64,000 bases of DNA from Patellaria atrata CBS 101060 (lineage: Eukaryota), in the NCBI GenBank assembly GCA_010093705.1, contig MU006107.1, positions 170,031 to 234,030 of the forward strand, read 5' to 3'. Below, one piece after another: positions 35,845 to 49,092 of the stretch (position 1 is its first letter; each line of letters opens with the position of its first letter). Below the pieces are notes generated by a model. It ran no database searches. It saw only the letters and a list, made by a program, of their open reading frames with translations, and was not told the DNA's origin. Position numbers and translations under genes: made by a program.

Positions 35845-38468
35845 ATGGTACGCAATTGTTTCGTCTTTTACAGCACATATCTGTTCATTGGTAGTTAAGG
35901 GCCAATGTGCTAACTCTTCCAATCTTGTTGTACAGGTAGATCCTGACTTTACTCATGATCATCTTGGCCGCATCGCCTCGGCAAGCAATCCTCTAGAGCC
36001 TCGTTCAGAAATTCGGACCAAGTTGAAATCTTCCCAAGGCTCAGTATTAGAGTCGAGAAAACGTGCTCCACTGTCAAAAAGGTCCATAGACACAACTACT
36101 ACTCCGATCTCGCCTGTGTGGATTGATGTTGAAGAACACAATATAACTAGACCTCGAATTAAGCCTCGAAGGACTTCTGAGGGCACCAATCCTCATCGCA
36201 CTTCTAGCTCTGTTCATAGAGTATTAGCATCTGAACTCGGTAACCCAGGCAAGGAAGCATTGACCCAAGGGTTTCTACCTAAACTCAGTCAATTACTCGA
36301 AAGTAGAGAGGATTCGCCTGCAAGGTATCAAGCGGGGCCCCTTAATGGTGGAGCTCATCAGAATACCCAATCGGGCCCTCGTAGAAATCATAGAAATACA
36401 GAGAACGTATCTACTCAACGTGCGAAGCGGTCCGGTGATGGTTATCTTCAACGCCGGGGAGGCTTATTAAATTCTTCTACGCTCTCATTACTATCAAGTA
36501 TCACCAAATCATCTGGTACATCCAGTGGAAGTAATTCTACCATAACCCAAAAGTCTAACGATAGGGCATGTATAGCCAAATCTGAGCGGTCAAAGGAACG
36601 TCAGCGTCGATCTTCAGACACATCCGACACAATGGGTAAAAAGAACAAAAAGGGGAAGGCAAATCGTAAGAAGGGGCCATTAAATGTAGTTGACATCAAG
36701 GATGAGGAACAGGAACTACCTCAAGAGACTCGACCAGAGTCGCCATCCTCCGAGCAAGATACCCCCGAATCTCCACAAGACCGGTTTGTAGACTCTGGTA
36801 TTTCGGTTCGGGGGAGTAGTCCGGATCCTAGCGAACATACACAGGGGAGCGATAAACAATCGGTCGCTCATACCTCAGAACAAGAAGAAGAGACCGAGCA
36901 AGAAGAGGAGCTATCCGAACTGGAGGGAGAGGTGCCGGAGCAGGACGAAGAAGTTCAAGGACATGACGAAGAGGTGCATGTGGAGGATTATCAAGTGCAC
37001 GAAGAGGAAGAGGAAGAAGACGGACCGGAAGAGGATGAGGATCAGGTACTTGAGCAAGGGGAAGAACAGGAGCCAGAAGACGAAGAGGAAGAAGACGAGG
37101 ATGATGACGGCATCGGTCATGATAATGTCAGTAGCCCACACGACTACCATGGCCTTGCCCTAGATAGACTTCGACCTCTGTCAATACCTTCATCGCCACG
37201 AGGACGGTCACCAGGAGACGCAGAAGATCAACGTTTACGCAACCGACTTCATGAACGCGAGCAACAGTTACGACATCATGTTCTCCATAGTCCTCAACCA
37301 CAGCGCAGCCCTGGCGCCTATGAGAACAATTATCCTGGTCCTCCACCGTCCGCTCCACCCTTCGATCCTGAAATGCAATATAGCATGCCCCCTGGTTATT
37401 TCTACCAACCTCCACCACCGATGTCAACTGCAGGAGGGTATCTCGCCCCTGCTATGTCACCGCAGACACAGTTACAGCCGGTATACCCTAACCAAGTTGC
37501 ATCTCCAAGCCACGGATATGAAGCTGCACCACCAACTCACGGATATGATACGTCACGTACTACTGTGACCGGTTATGAGCTTCTTGCTGCAAAGCTGTCT
37601 GACTGCACAGATACCCGACATGGGTCTAGTGTTGGGATTCGGCCCATGTATCGGAAATTTGAGAAGTTAAACCATCGCGTGCTCTTACATTTACAAGATG
37701 AGATTGCAGAGCTAGAAGAGGAGCTGCGCTCATTAGATGAATGTGTGGCACAAATGGCCGAGAATACTGGAGCCGGGCGTACACAACCAGCATCCCGGCG
37801 AATGGATGCGCGATATGGAAGTGAATGGCATTTTAGGCGGACAGAGCTTCTCGGCAAAATATTCATGAAGCTCAATCAATATAGTGAGTCCCTTACACAA
37901 GTTGCCGCTTTGGTTTATCGCTGATTGTTTATAGATCAAGCACTTACCTCATATAACGGAGTGAGCACTTGTCTTGAGCCTGCCGCTATTGATAGCATCC
38001 GGGCATACAAAAAGTGGATAGAACGTAACGCATGCATTGATAAGTCGGAAACGCAGTTCTTGGACCATAAAAAGGACCTTCTATCGATGAAGGCATTCTC
38101 ACTTCAGGATACGGTACCGTCGGTGCCTTTAGCAACGCCAACGCCTTCAACCCTTTCGACTCCTTCGACATCAGAAAAGTCGGTCCGTATGTGCTTTACG
38201 TTGACCCTGCTTCTTCCTCTCTTGGTATTCGCATTTGTCCCTAGTGTCATAGGAAGACTGCTCGTCCTTACTGTGATTAGTGCTGTCGAGGTAGCTATCG
38301 TCTCCTCTACAGAGCTTCTACAGCTTTTGTCTACCAGCGAATGGATGACTTGTGGCGGGGTGTAAGTACAATGGCATACCTAAAAACAATTCTCTAAGGG
38401 TACAGTACTGATGCTAAGTTTGTAGTTATTTTGCCGTCATGGCTGTCGTTGCCGGCAGTTTCCAATGA
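35845..38468 (+). CDS. DUF6594-like protein with long acidic/low-complexity N-terminus and C-terminal transmembrane helices
   Basis: GYELLAAKLS..PMYRKFEKLNHRVLLHLQDEIAELEEELR..LNQY|QAL. The first coding exon is ATG only (35845-35847), followed by an intron at 35848-35935. Confidence 0.78.
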
Positions 38469-39422
38469 ACAATCAGTATAGCTTCATGAACGAGCAGGTC
38501 CAACAGGAAGATCTGAAGCTATCTGAATGAGTAACAATGAAGTTGATCTGTTTGCTATATTCATCCTTTACGAAATGATGTGCGTTCTAGCGATGGATGG
38601 CGTCCGGATTGACACTTTGACCTCAATTGGGGTTGAGGTGTTGGCGGATGGCGCTACAGCGGTGCAACCAATACCCCGGATATTGTTTTTGAGGCGTCTT
38701 GAGATCTACATCCAAGCGCCTCTGGGATGAGGGGAACTTTGGGGAGTTTGGAACTTTGGATTAGGATATACGAAGGGTTGCGGCATCATACCCGCCGTAT
38801 GCGATATTGCTCATTTCCTTCTTTCCTTCTTTCTCTTTTTGAGACACGCATTTTACTCCTGGCGTATTACGATGTTCGCGTACCACTCCTGCACGATGTG
38901 TAATGATAGATCAACGGCCTTTGCTTTGAATGATGATGATGATGATGAAATGAGAGACAACAATTATATTGCCAAGAGGTATGTGGAAATAGTGTGAAGG
39001 CGAGAGCGTTCTCTTCGACTTTACGGTACTTTCAATTCGATGAATAATGCATCGTGAGGACTCGGTACTCGTACTTACGTTATTAGCAGTATAAGTAGCA
39101 GACTACCTTACCGGTAACTGGTAGTAGCGTCTCTATTATTATTATTTATTTTCCATCAATGCGCCCTGAACCTGAAAGCCTTCATCCAAGAAATATTCCG
39201 ATCTGAAGCTCTGACTCTCTAGATGTTTGTCCTCATCATCGCTAGCATCATGCTGTGCCACACGCCTATCTCCAGCCCTTGTCTATCATCTGCTCGCCTC
39301 TAGAAATAACAGTGGGGGAGACAGTACCGCCTTTTTTAAGCCCGTGATAGCTGTTCAGCAGGAGATAGAGTAGACGGGTGCTCTGAGGAATAATGCCCCT
39401 GTAATTATCGAACGGGAAGTTC

Positions 39423-39460
39423 CAGTCGATGGCACAGTCGATGGCACAGTCTATGGCACA
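39423..39460. repeat. 12-bp tandem repeat x3
   Basis: cagtcgatggca cagtcgatggca cagtctatggca ca. Confidence 0.85.
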
Positions 39461-41027
39461 ATTGATCCGAATATCTTCTCTACTTTTTATATCTCGTTCG
39501 GTAGCTTACAATTACTATTGGTTTAGCAAAGCAATACGAGTTTGTCTGCTGACCTCGCCCGTAAAAAGCTAAGGGAAAAGAGAGGCAGTATCTCCGTTGT
39601 GGTGGCCCTTCGCCTCTTTTTAACCTAGCTTCCATAAGGACCATCTGTCCCGGCTGGCGAAGTGCCTGGCGCCGAACGTCAGTTCGAGTATTCGTAATTT
39701 GGTACCTGAGTGGCCCTGAAGCTAGGCCTTGGGCGGCATCCTGGACTGCTGTTTTTGAACCCTTGGTTTCTGGTTCCTTGTGTGATCGGTTCTGGCAGTT
39801 GCCGTCTCCCTACCTTCCGTTAAGCTCGACTTTCATACTCGATCCTTGGAGACGATGACAAGACATTCAGACTGCCCTTACCATCGACGTATTAATTTGT
39901 TACATGCGCACATGTTTGACGAGAAGACTAATTCGATGACAAGGGGCTCGCAATTGGAAATTTGAGGTTCTTTCGTGTTCCCTCTTTTGGGTGCTAACAT
40001 CCGGGTTGAGATATATCATGTAGATCGTTTATGTGAGCATAAAGGAGATGTAGATTGTTGGTTTCCCAAAGGGAGTGAGCCTTTCTTCTTCTTCCGGGAA
40101 GCTAAAAGTCTATCTGCACTTCTGCAGCCACGGTTATGCAACGAACCGCGTATTTTAAACATTTAGTTTGCTGTTGGTGCTGACGAAAGACCTGAGGAGA
40201 GGTGAGGTGGTATTTTCGAGTGTATCATCAAGCTCTCAAGGTTCATTTTATCTCTTGATCTACCATCTCTGCCCACATCCGGTCACATCATTCGCAAAAT
40301 CGCATGTCGTGACTCGTTCAGAAATGAGAAGCGGGGGTGGCATCTTACGTTTTCACCCCTCCTTTAGGTTCCTTGGCTTGTCTGTCTTCAAGTGTCAACG
40401 ACCGTTTCGCCGCCGCCATTATTGTTTCCAAGCTTCTCTTTAGTCCTTAGGGTGCCGAACTGCTTGAGCTTCCCCTGAAACCTCCAAATTATTGCGTTGC
40501 ATACAATGTCCCAACGTAGCGTAACCTGTGCCTGAAAAGTGGTGCCTTCCCCCCCCCCCCCAGATTGTGCATCGTCAACGCCCATCGCTGCACCCTTCAA
40601 AGCTCGCTTGCACGTTCCATCTGCTGGCCTCAAACTTCTTTTTTTTTTTTTTCTTTAAGCCCAAGTCTTCGGTAGCCTGTGCACAGCGTCAAAGGTTTTT
40701 CGGCAGCTATTCCAAAAAATTATTGCAAAGCAGGTCTTACTTGAGGCAGGAAAAGGGAGAAATCCGATCAGGAAGGAACGGAAAGGAAAGGAAAGGAAAA
40801 GGAAATTTATCTTATTATTACAGGTGGTGCATCGGCTGTAATTACTGCTCATTCCTCAAAAAGAGAGTTCCTTGTCCCACTTCCGGGTTGCTGCCCCCCT
40901 CCTCCTCCCTTCCCAAACGAGGCCATCTTGAAACAAACTGGAAAACCTCCCTATCGCAGATCGCACTTTGCCAGACAAATACGGAGTACATTTTGGTCGC
41001 GCTTTCCCATTTGTCCCTGCTTCCCAT

Positions 41028-41069
41028 TCTCCAATCTCCAATCTCCAATCTCCAATCTCTAACCTCCAA
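41028..41069. repeat. 7-bp tandem repeat (TCTCCAA) x6
   Basis: Four perfect and two degenerate units upstream of RasGAP. Confidence 0.85.
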
Positions 41070-41683
41070 CCTACTCTTCGACTTCTCTACACCACCTCAC
41101 AACCTCGAGCGTGGTTTTCCTGTATTCCATTGGCGCCTTCGTTTCCCGTTTCTGAAATCTCCCTGCGCCTCGTCGCTTCTAATCTCACCAATCTGCACAA
41201 TTTTCCTCTTCGCGCGCCCTGGCGACTCAAAGCTCGACCCTCTATCGCAACACCATCGCACTACAGTCGGAGAATAATAAACGCATCGTTTCAGGCTCGA
41301 CAAAACTCTGAATGCTGGCACCACTCAAATCTACGCTTCCAACATTGCGCTATCAACCTTGCCATCCCCGCGAATAGTTCGAAACAGAGATACCACAGTA
41401 GCTCTGGGAGCTGAACGTAACAGTTACCCCGGGTCCTAAGGCTCATATCAACAAACGTCCAAGGGCGTAGAATTGTTACGGACCCTAAGATTGAGTAGGT
41501 GACTAGCCTTGGGAACGGCGCGGTTGAGCACTGTTACGCGGTCCCTGGCATCACCTTTCTTTGTTTGACTTTCTGGCTCGGCGACAAACGAATCTCGTGG
41601 TTCCCTGCATAAAACCTTAAGGGTCAATAACCATCGTTGACCTTCTCCTTACGACCGACTCGAAAAGACAACCTTCATACAAA

Positions 41684-44288
41684 ATGTCGGTTGCAATGCT
41701 ACAAGCTCCTTCGAGGGCGTCGACCTCCTCCTCGTCTTCCTTTGTCCCAATGACACGACAGAACACGATGTCTTCTCACGATGGAAGTAGGTCTGCAAGG
41801 CAATCAAAGCGGTATTCCGTCACGGCACTGTACATGTCTATGTCGGCGAGGGACAAGGAATTAGAAATTGATGATGAACTAGCAAAAGGTATAACTCAGT
41901 CTCAAGATTTCTGTTTCTCGCAGAGGCTGACGGTTCGATAGCTCAGAAGACGTTGCGAGAAATAAAGTCGAAAATCTCATCGCAGTCGAAGAAGAACTTC
42001 GTGCTGGAAAAGGACGTCAGATATCTCGATTCGAGAATCGCTCTTCTGATTCAGAATCGCATGGCTCTTGAAGAAGTGAGTTCTCTTGTAGTCAATATGT
42101 TAGCTGTACGCTGACTTTTAAAAGCAAAATGAGGTAGCCAGCCATCTTGATGACGCCACCGACCTTCAGGAAGGCTTCTTCCCCAATGATGACAAGACTC
42201 AAAAGTATGGCAACTTGATGTTCCTACTCCAGACCGAGCCCCGACATATCGCACACCTTTGCCGCCTTGTGACGATGGCGGAGATCGACTCACTATTACA
42301 GACAGTCATGTTCACAATCTATGGTAATCAATACGAAAGTAGAGAAGAACATCTGCTTTTGACCATGTTTCAGGTTTGTGCATTCTTGTGTGGAATCTGT
42401 CTAGAGTTTTACTGATCATGTCACGTAGTCTGTTCTCACGTACCAATTTGATAATACAGCCGATTATTCTTCTCTGTTACGCGCAAATACCCCTGTTTCA
42501 CGAATGATGACAACGTACACTCGCCGAGGGCCTGGTCAGAGCTATCTCAAATCTGTGCTGGCTGAACGAATTAACTCTCTCATCGATATGAAAGATCTGG
42601 ACCTGGAGATTAATCCGCTCAAGGTCTACGAAACTGTGCTCAGGGAAGAGGAAGAGAAATCAGGATCGCTACCGGACCATTTACCAAAGGGTGTTACAGC
42701 TGAGCAAGCAGCCGAGAACGAACAAGTTAAACAAATCATCGCACCTAGGCTAGAAATGCTTATGGACATTGCGGACGGTTTCTTGGATACCATTATCAAT
42801 AACCTCGAGGAGACCCCCTATGGGATCCGGTGGATTTGTAAACAGATTCGAAGTCTTTCGAGACGCAAATATCCGGATGCGTCGGACACTACTGTCTGCA
42901 CCCTCATTGGAGGGTTCTTTTTTCTGAGATTTATCAATCCAGCCATAGTGACTCCACGGTCTTACATGCTCATCGATAGTGTACCAGCCGAGTACCCTAA
43001 GCGAACGTTAACCTATGTGAGTTACTCTACATATCACCAAAGCTTGCTTTAAACTAACGTCTTCCAGGTGGCGAAAATGCTACAAAACTTGGCTAATAAA
43101 CCTTCATATGCCAAAGAGCCCTACATGCAGGGTCTTCAACCTTTCATTGAGAACAACAAGGAGAGAATCAACCGGTTTATGCTTGATCTTTGTGAAGTTC
43201 AGGACTTCTATGAGAGCCTCGAGATGGACAACTACGTAGCACTCTCGAAGCGAGACCTTGAGCTATCCATCACTCTCAATGAAGTCTATGCAACCCACCA
43301 ACTGTTGGAAAAGCACAGCGCCGAGCTGACGAAAGATGAGAGTTCCCACCTGAGTATTCTACTCAAAGATCTCGGCCCTGCCCCAGCACAGCTTCCACGA
43401 AAGGAAAACAGAGCGATCAACTTGCCTCTTTACAGCAAATGGGAGGTCCCACTCGATGATCTAACAGCAGCCCTGGATATCGACCAACAGGAGGTGTATT
43501 TTATGGAAGCTAAATCGACATTTGTCATGATCATGAGATCGCTGCCACCAGATGCAAAAGTTGCCCGACGACCACTCCGCCTCGACAGAATTGCTGAACA
43601 AGCAGCAACGACGAGGAACGATGTTATGGTGAAGAAGGGCATCAGGTGTATTGAGCTTCTGAGTCAGCTGCAAGAAATTGGGGTTATCGACAAAGCTGAT
43701 AACTTCGCTCTTCTCAGAGATGAAGTGGAACAAGAGCTTGTTCACTTAGGCTCTATGAAAGATAAAGTTATAGAGGAAACTAACAAGCTTCTAGAGGTTT
43801 TCCGCACGATCCGTGACCACAACAATTACCTGGTGAGTCAGTTAGAGACTTACAAGTCATATCTGCATAACGTGAGAGGCCAATCCGAGGGTAAGTCAAG
43901 AGGCAAGCCGGAGAAGAAACAAGTCCTCGGTCCGTACAAGTTCACACACGCTCAACTTGAAAAGGAGGGCGTTATCCAGAAGAGTAACGTACCTGAAAAC
44001 CGACGTGCAAATATTTTCTTCAATTTCACCAGTCCATTACCGGGCACATTCGTGATTTCGTTACACTATAAGGGTTAGTTCCAGAGATGACAATTCCCTT
44101 TTAGTCCATAGCTCATTGATTATATAGGCAGAAACCGTGGTCTCCTCGAACTTGACCTGAAGCTCGACGATTTGCTTGAAATGCAGAAGGACAATCAAGA
44201 AGATTTGGATCTCGAATACGTACAATTCAACGTCTCTAAAGTTCTCGCACTACTCAACAAGCGATTTGCAAGGAAGAAAGGCTGGTAA
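41684..44288 (+). CDS. gapA: Ras GTPase-activating protein (GapA/Sar1 type)
   Basis: [63 protein letters not shown] and the RasGAP_C region. Five introns. Ends RKKGW*. Confidence 0.93.
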
Positions 44289-44641
44289 ATCACATTAATA
44301 TACCAGGCATCTCCTTAATACCTTGGACTTTATCACAACAGGCGTTCTCATCTTCGGTTTGGGTTGGATTCTTTGAAGCTGAGATTGCATCCCATCTAGG
44401 CACGGCGGGTAAAGGTGTTGACGGCTACATCTTATGGAAAGCGTTTGGAAATATCATCAGGGAAGGGAAGCGTCAGGTTCAGGGTCGGAAAATGAACGAT
44501 CCGGATGTACTTTTGGAGGTGCTCAGAGGGATGGAATGAGATGTTTATGATCCGGGCCTGTTGCTGGATGTGCTCTGGGGCGGTATATTGTGTTCCATGA
44601 ATCCCCCAAATTTGTGGATGGATTGGGAGGGTTCTCGGTTA

Positions 44642-44682
44642 TCTTCTTCTTCTTCTTCTTCTTCTTCTTCTTCTTCCTTCTT
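44642..44682. repeat. (TCT)n microsatellite
   Basis: About 11 consecutive TCT units followed by degenerate copies. Confidence 0.9.
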
Positions 44683-45482
44683 CTTTACACTCATTGTAAT
44701 GCACCCCTACAAAAGGGGCAAAGCTGGCTTTTATTATGGCTTTTAGGGATTTTGTAGAGCTTTTAGGTTGGAGGCTTTCTCCCCCCCTCCCTCCTCCCAA
44801 CCACCAATATCTCTGTGGCTGGATCGATGAATGTAAGGTGGAAGCAACTTGGGAGCTTTTTTGGCGTTCGGTATCCGATCTGTCGATGCTGCGAATGATA
44901 TCCAGGGGTGAAATTGTATAACATAACAAAAGGCAATTAGTCCCTCTCAATGAATGGTGATGGGTTTTTCTAAGTGAGTTGTCGGTTACGCTTTCTTTTT
45001 ATGTTCTTTAGTGCTCAATGCATAGGACCTGCAGCATGGGATTTCGTGAGAATCGTCTCAGCATGTGAAACGACTTGTTGGTGACTGCGAATTGCGTTAT
45101 GTTTCTATCACTTGTTGTGATAATGCGAAACTAATGGCTGCCTTGTTTTTTAGCAACTAGATAGGCGTCACAGCCTTTAGCTTTACAAAAGTACTATGAC
45201 TGTAACTTTGTACACCATATGCAGCAGCCCCCCGGGATAGACCGAGCCAGTCAGAGCTATCCCTGAATCCTTGGATCTACGAGTACCTTTACAGGCACCA
45301 AGGCACTTTGACTCTTCAGGCTCTCGCTCTCGTCTCTTCCTTTCATCCAGCTATCTTTCCTAACCTCAGATACTTGCAGAGTCTACGAACTCCCATTCTT
45401 ACTTTCTTATCTATTTGTGACCTAACACTGCTTCTTTCATCATACCAGTGCTAGATAGCTTCCTATACTCCCGTACGGCATC

Positions 45483-46117
45483 ATGTCCTCCTCTATTGCA
45501 ATCCCACAGAGGAAGAAGAACAATCCTATAAGCTTTCATAACTCTGCATCAAGCAGCTCCTCGCCATCATCCTATTCTCCATCATCCTCGTACTCGCCTA
45601 AGACAACGGAGGTGTCGTCGTCCATCGCATCGCCCTCCTCGTCATCAAGGTATCGGAATAGGCGGCCTTCCTTACTCGGTAGGTTCCCAAGATATGGAGA
45701 CCCAGCCGAACCCGAACCATAACAAGTCATGATGGAAGTATGAATGGACTCATAGTTAATAATGGGCATAGGCTCCTCTCTCTCCAAGTCAGAGCATATC
45801 GTCATCAATGTAGGGTCAGAGGATGCACCTAGATTAGTACGTCACATCTAATCGTGAGCGATAACGATGCGAATGATTCTGTAACTAACCGTTCGACCTC
45901 AGGTTACGTGTGTCAAGTCGTCACAGGGCTTCGACTGGAATCAGGGTAAGTCTCGTAGATAACCACCCCTCATCCCGTCATACTAATCTCTCCGATCATA
46001 GAAATCTTCCTACCTTCCTACGCCGACCACCACTTTTCCGATCTCGAGCGTAAGCAGGATCCAGTCTATGATATTATCCTCACCGATGAGGAGGCCGCCT
46101 CTATTCTTCCACAATAG
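45483..46117 (+). CDS. Small hypothetical fungal protein (Ser-rich N-terminus, RRPS motif)
   Basis: Four exons with canonical splice sites stay in frame: ...RRPSLLG|SSLSKSEHIVINVG..RL|VTCVKSSQGFDWNQ|EIFLPSY..DPVYDIILTDEEAASILPQ*. Confidence 0.8.
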
Positions 46118-46836
46118 TTGCGTGCTTTAATTTCTGGGCTGGTGTACAAATACATGCTGCGGGTGTTATTGGGGGAGAGGTGTCGTTTCGGTGCATTTGG
46201 AGCAGCATAATAAGGTATTCAGTCGCGGGTATGGCTCTACTCAAACCTTTCTGTGAATATCATTGGCTTGTTTGGTCTCATCTAAGCGTTGAGATTGTAG
46301 GGGTTCACAGGAGTAGGACGGGAGCTGCTACCCTCCCTATGATAATCTTATGGATATATGGATATGTTGGAGGCATTATGAACTTTATGTATAACTATAA
46401 ATCTGTGCTCGAATTTCTTTGAATAATCATGACGTGAATACAACAAGCCGTACTGTTATATGTTTGTTTGGTAGTTCTTCCCCATCTCACCTCTTTTGAG
46501 ACGGCTTCTATTATCGTCTTGATGACCTCGTCAGGGCACTGGACGCCCCACGCGTCCTCCGGTCTCGGTAAATTCTCTCCCGTCCGCGGAGGGTCACACC
46601 CCTGCGCGAATCGCACACCTGCAAGGCACAGCCGCTGCAAGCGCTCGTCGCATCAACAACCCAACCTAACATCAAACCAAACAAACAACAGCCCATACGA
46701 CAACCCCAAATTGGAGATCCCCCTTTCAACCGCACCGCTCAAAACGACCCGTCACTGCACCCCCAAAATCACGAGCTCCCCTATATCATTTGCATAGCCC
46801 ACACCCGAGGGGCAGAAGCTTAGTTGGCGAAAGAGG

Positions 46837-47757
46837 ATGGATACCGCACACAGAAAAATCGAGCTCCAGGCGCCGGGGGACCTGGCGTTTCTGGAGCAGA
46901 ACGCGAGAAAGGCGGCACGGGAAAGGATCGATTTGCATTTACCGCCTTCTGCGGCGCCGGTTGGCGGGGAGGATAAACTTAGAGGGCGGGTAGAGGAGTT
47001 GGTTGAGGAGGTGAGTGTTTTTTTTTTTTTCCCAATAATTATAGAGAAAGGACAATGGGAGAGATAAGAAGAGGGATGGGAGGAGATAATAGAGAATAAA
47101 GATGCACTGGCTTTATTTACTTACTTGGCTAATTTTTTTATTCTTATTTTTTTTGGTTGGGCAGTTCCTCACCCACACCTTCGCGGCCGCAAAACAGAAT
47201 ATCTGCGTCAACGGCATGGATTTGGAGGAGAACGGCACCAGGAACGTGGGAGAAGGTATATATCTACCCAATTACCCCCCCCCCCCCCCCCCCCCCCCCC
47301 CTTTCCCCTTCCCCTTCTTTCCCTTCCCGCACACACACAGAGAGAGAAACTCTCCCACACCAAACCATACTAACCCACCCTGTCCCAAACAGACTTCGAA
47401 CCCCTAGACACCCGCCTCGCAGACCGCCTCCGCGCCCTCGAACAGGCGAAAGAATCCCTCATAACCAAAGTCGCGGACCTGCGACGGACGGCGCCGGCGC
47501 TCGCGGCGCGCCAGTTCCAGTCGGCCTACGGGGCCTACGACGCAGGATTGCAGCAGCGGAGGCAGGAGGAGGAGGATGGAGCGGTGAGGGAGGCGCAAGG
47601 GGAGAGGTTGGAGGTGGAGCGGGTGGAGCGGTGGGATGAGGTTGAGGGGAGCTGGGAGAGGGCTACGGAGGGGTTGGTTGGGCTAAGGGGGGTTACGGAG
47701 ACGGTGGCGAGGTTAGTCAGGGCGGGGGAGGTCGTGGGGTATTTGGAGGGGAAGTAA
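46837..47757 (+). CDS. NSL1: Kinetochore Mis12/MIND subunit Nsl1/Mis14
   Basis: MDTAHRKIELQAPGDLAFL..IDLHLPPSA..LRGRVEELVEE|FLTHTF..NICVNG..|FEPLDTRL..LRRTAP..ARLVRAGEVVGYL. Two introns. Confidence 0.85.
47275..47301. repeat. C27 homopolymer within NSL1 intron 2
   Basis: 27 consecutive C, read directly from the sequence. Confidence 0.9.
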
Positions 47758-48180
47758 GGTGGGCTGGAGTTGTCATTCATTGCGTGAGGGCATGTTCGAG
47801 GAAAGCGGACATAGGGCAAGGCGTTCAGGCTAGGGATAGCTTTTACGGAGATGTGGGTTCGAGGGGCTTCTCGTCATCACGTTTGATATCCAGAAATGAG
47901 ATTTGATCAGATAACAGTCTGTGAAATTTTTGACTGTGCTTGGAAAAGGCCCAGCTGGTGGAGAAACTCAGGAGTTACGTTAAGCGCATGTCCTCCATAA
48001 TGCCGTCATAATGCTTCGGTAGGTTAGGGGTATGTTGAGAACATGTCCCGCTAAGCGCTACAAGTTGAAGGCTAGATAATTGATCGACCCGTCTAATATG
48101 CAGAAGACGCCATGCTGCTGTGATTCCCAGAGTGTTATAGTACATCCCTTGTCTCTTCGCCATTACTCCATCTCGATCTC

Positions 48181-49092
48181 TCAGACAATGTTTTCCAGCT
48201 GCCTCGCATAACTAAGCATGTTCTCGATTATTGTCCTGCTAGCTGAGGTGTTGTCTCTCTCCGAAGCTTGCAAATCGGCTTCCTTCGTGGGGAAATAGAC
48301 GTGCTCGTCCTTGATGATCCAGCCACGATTTTCGGCAAATTTCACGACGGCACCTTCAGAGTCAAGTTTGAGGACGTTCTTGGCACCGCGGACGGAAAGA
48401 TTCTTGTATGCAACTTCGGCGCAGGATGCAATTTCGGAGCGAATAGTGTCGCGAAGGATCTAGAGAGAAATGTCAGCCTTTTGTTCAAAGATCATACTTC
48501 TATTCGAGGTATCACTCACGTCGGAAAAGACTGCAAACTCCGGGCCTGGGACTTTCTCGACCATCGTCATGTTCCATGCGCGATCATAGGTTCCTTCTGA
48601 CAACGCCTCCTCGAGCTTCCTCGGATACTGTATGAACTCATCGTCTTCCAGAGGTTTGCCGGTGCCATTCTTTTCTGCCGCATACGCCGCATTTATCAGC
48701 CTTTCCAACATCGTGTGAAAGCCTGAAGTGTCGCCCTGACTCAACAGCAGTAGGAGGTACAAGCCCGTGATCCGGCTCTTGTTGGCACCTTCGTGGGAGA
48801 GCATCTCTTCGGGGAGGTCGTAGAATGGTTGAAGCTGCTGGAAGTATCGCGTGAAGCCTTCTGCGTCAGGGAACTTGATACAGACAAAGGCTCCAGCTTC
48901 GAAGACGTCACGAGCGAGCTTCAGGTGCTTTTCTGGCGTGTCGCGAGCTGGGATCAAAGCATTCAGCTGCAGTAGATTGATCTTAGCACGGGCGAGGAGA
49001 GGTTGTATCTGCGCCGAATTGGTGGCGCTGCCGGCAGTCTTGTGAATTCGTCCAAGGATCTCTTGGAGCTCTTTTTCGGCCTGGTACGCCAT
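48181..49092 (-). CDS. RPN12: 26S proteasome lid subunit Rpn12 (divergent; possible upstream in-frame start at 49416)
   Basis: FTRYFQQLQPFY, ITGLYLLLLLSQGD, FIQYP..LE..EG.YD, TIRSEIASCAE.AY and SYARQLENIV*. One intron at ~48460-48519. Confidence 0.9.

Noticed and set aside
39423..39460. CRISPR-like repeat
   Set aside because: Head-to-tail 12-mers without spacers in a eukaryotic genome: a minisatellite.
40528..41414. 249-aa and 148-aa ORFs upstream of RasGAP
   Set aside because: They run through homopolymers and simple repeats, have non-ATG starts and lack protein-like features.
47850..47875. GGTTCGA T-loop-like motif
   Set aside because: No T-stem or cloverleaf pairing around it, so not a tRNA.
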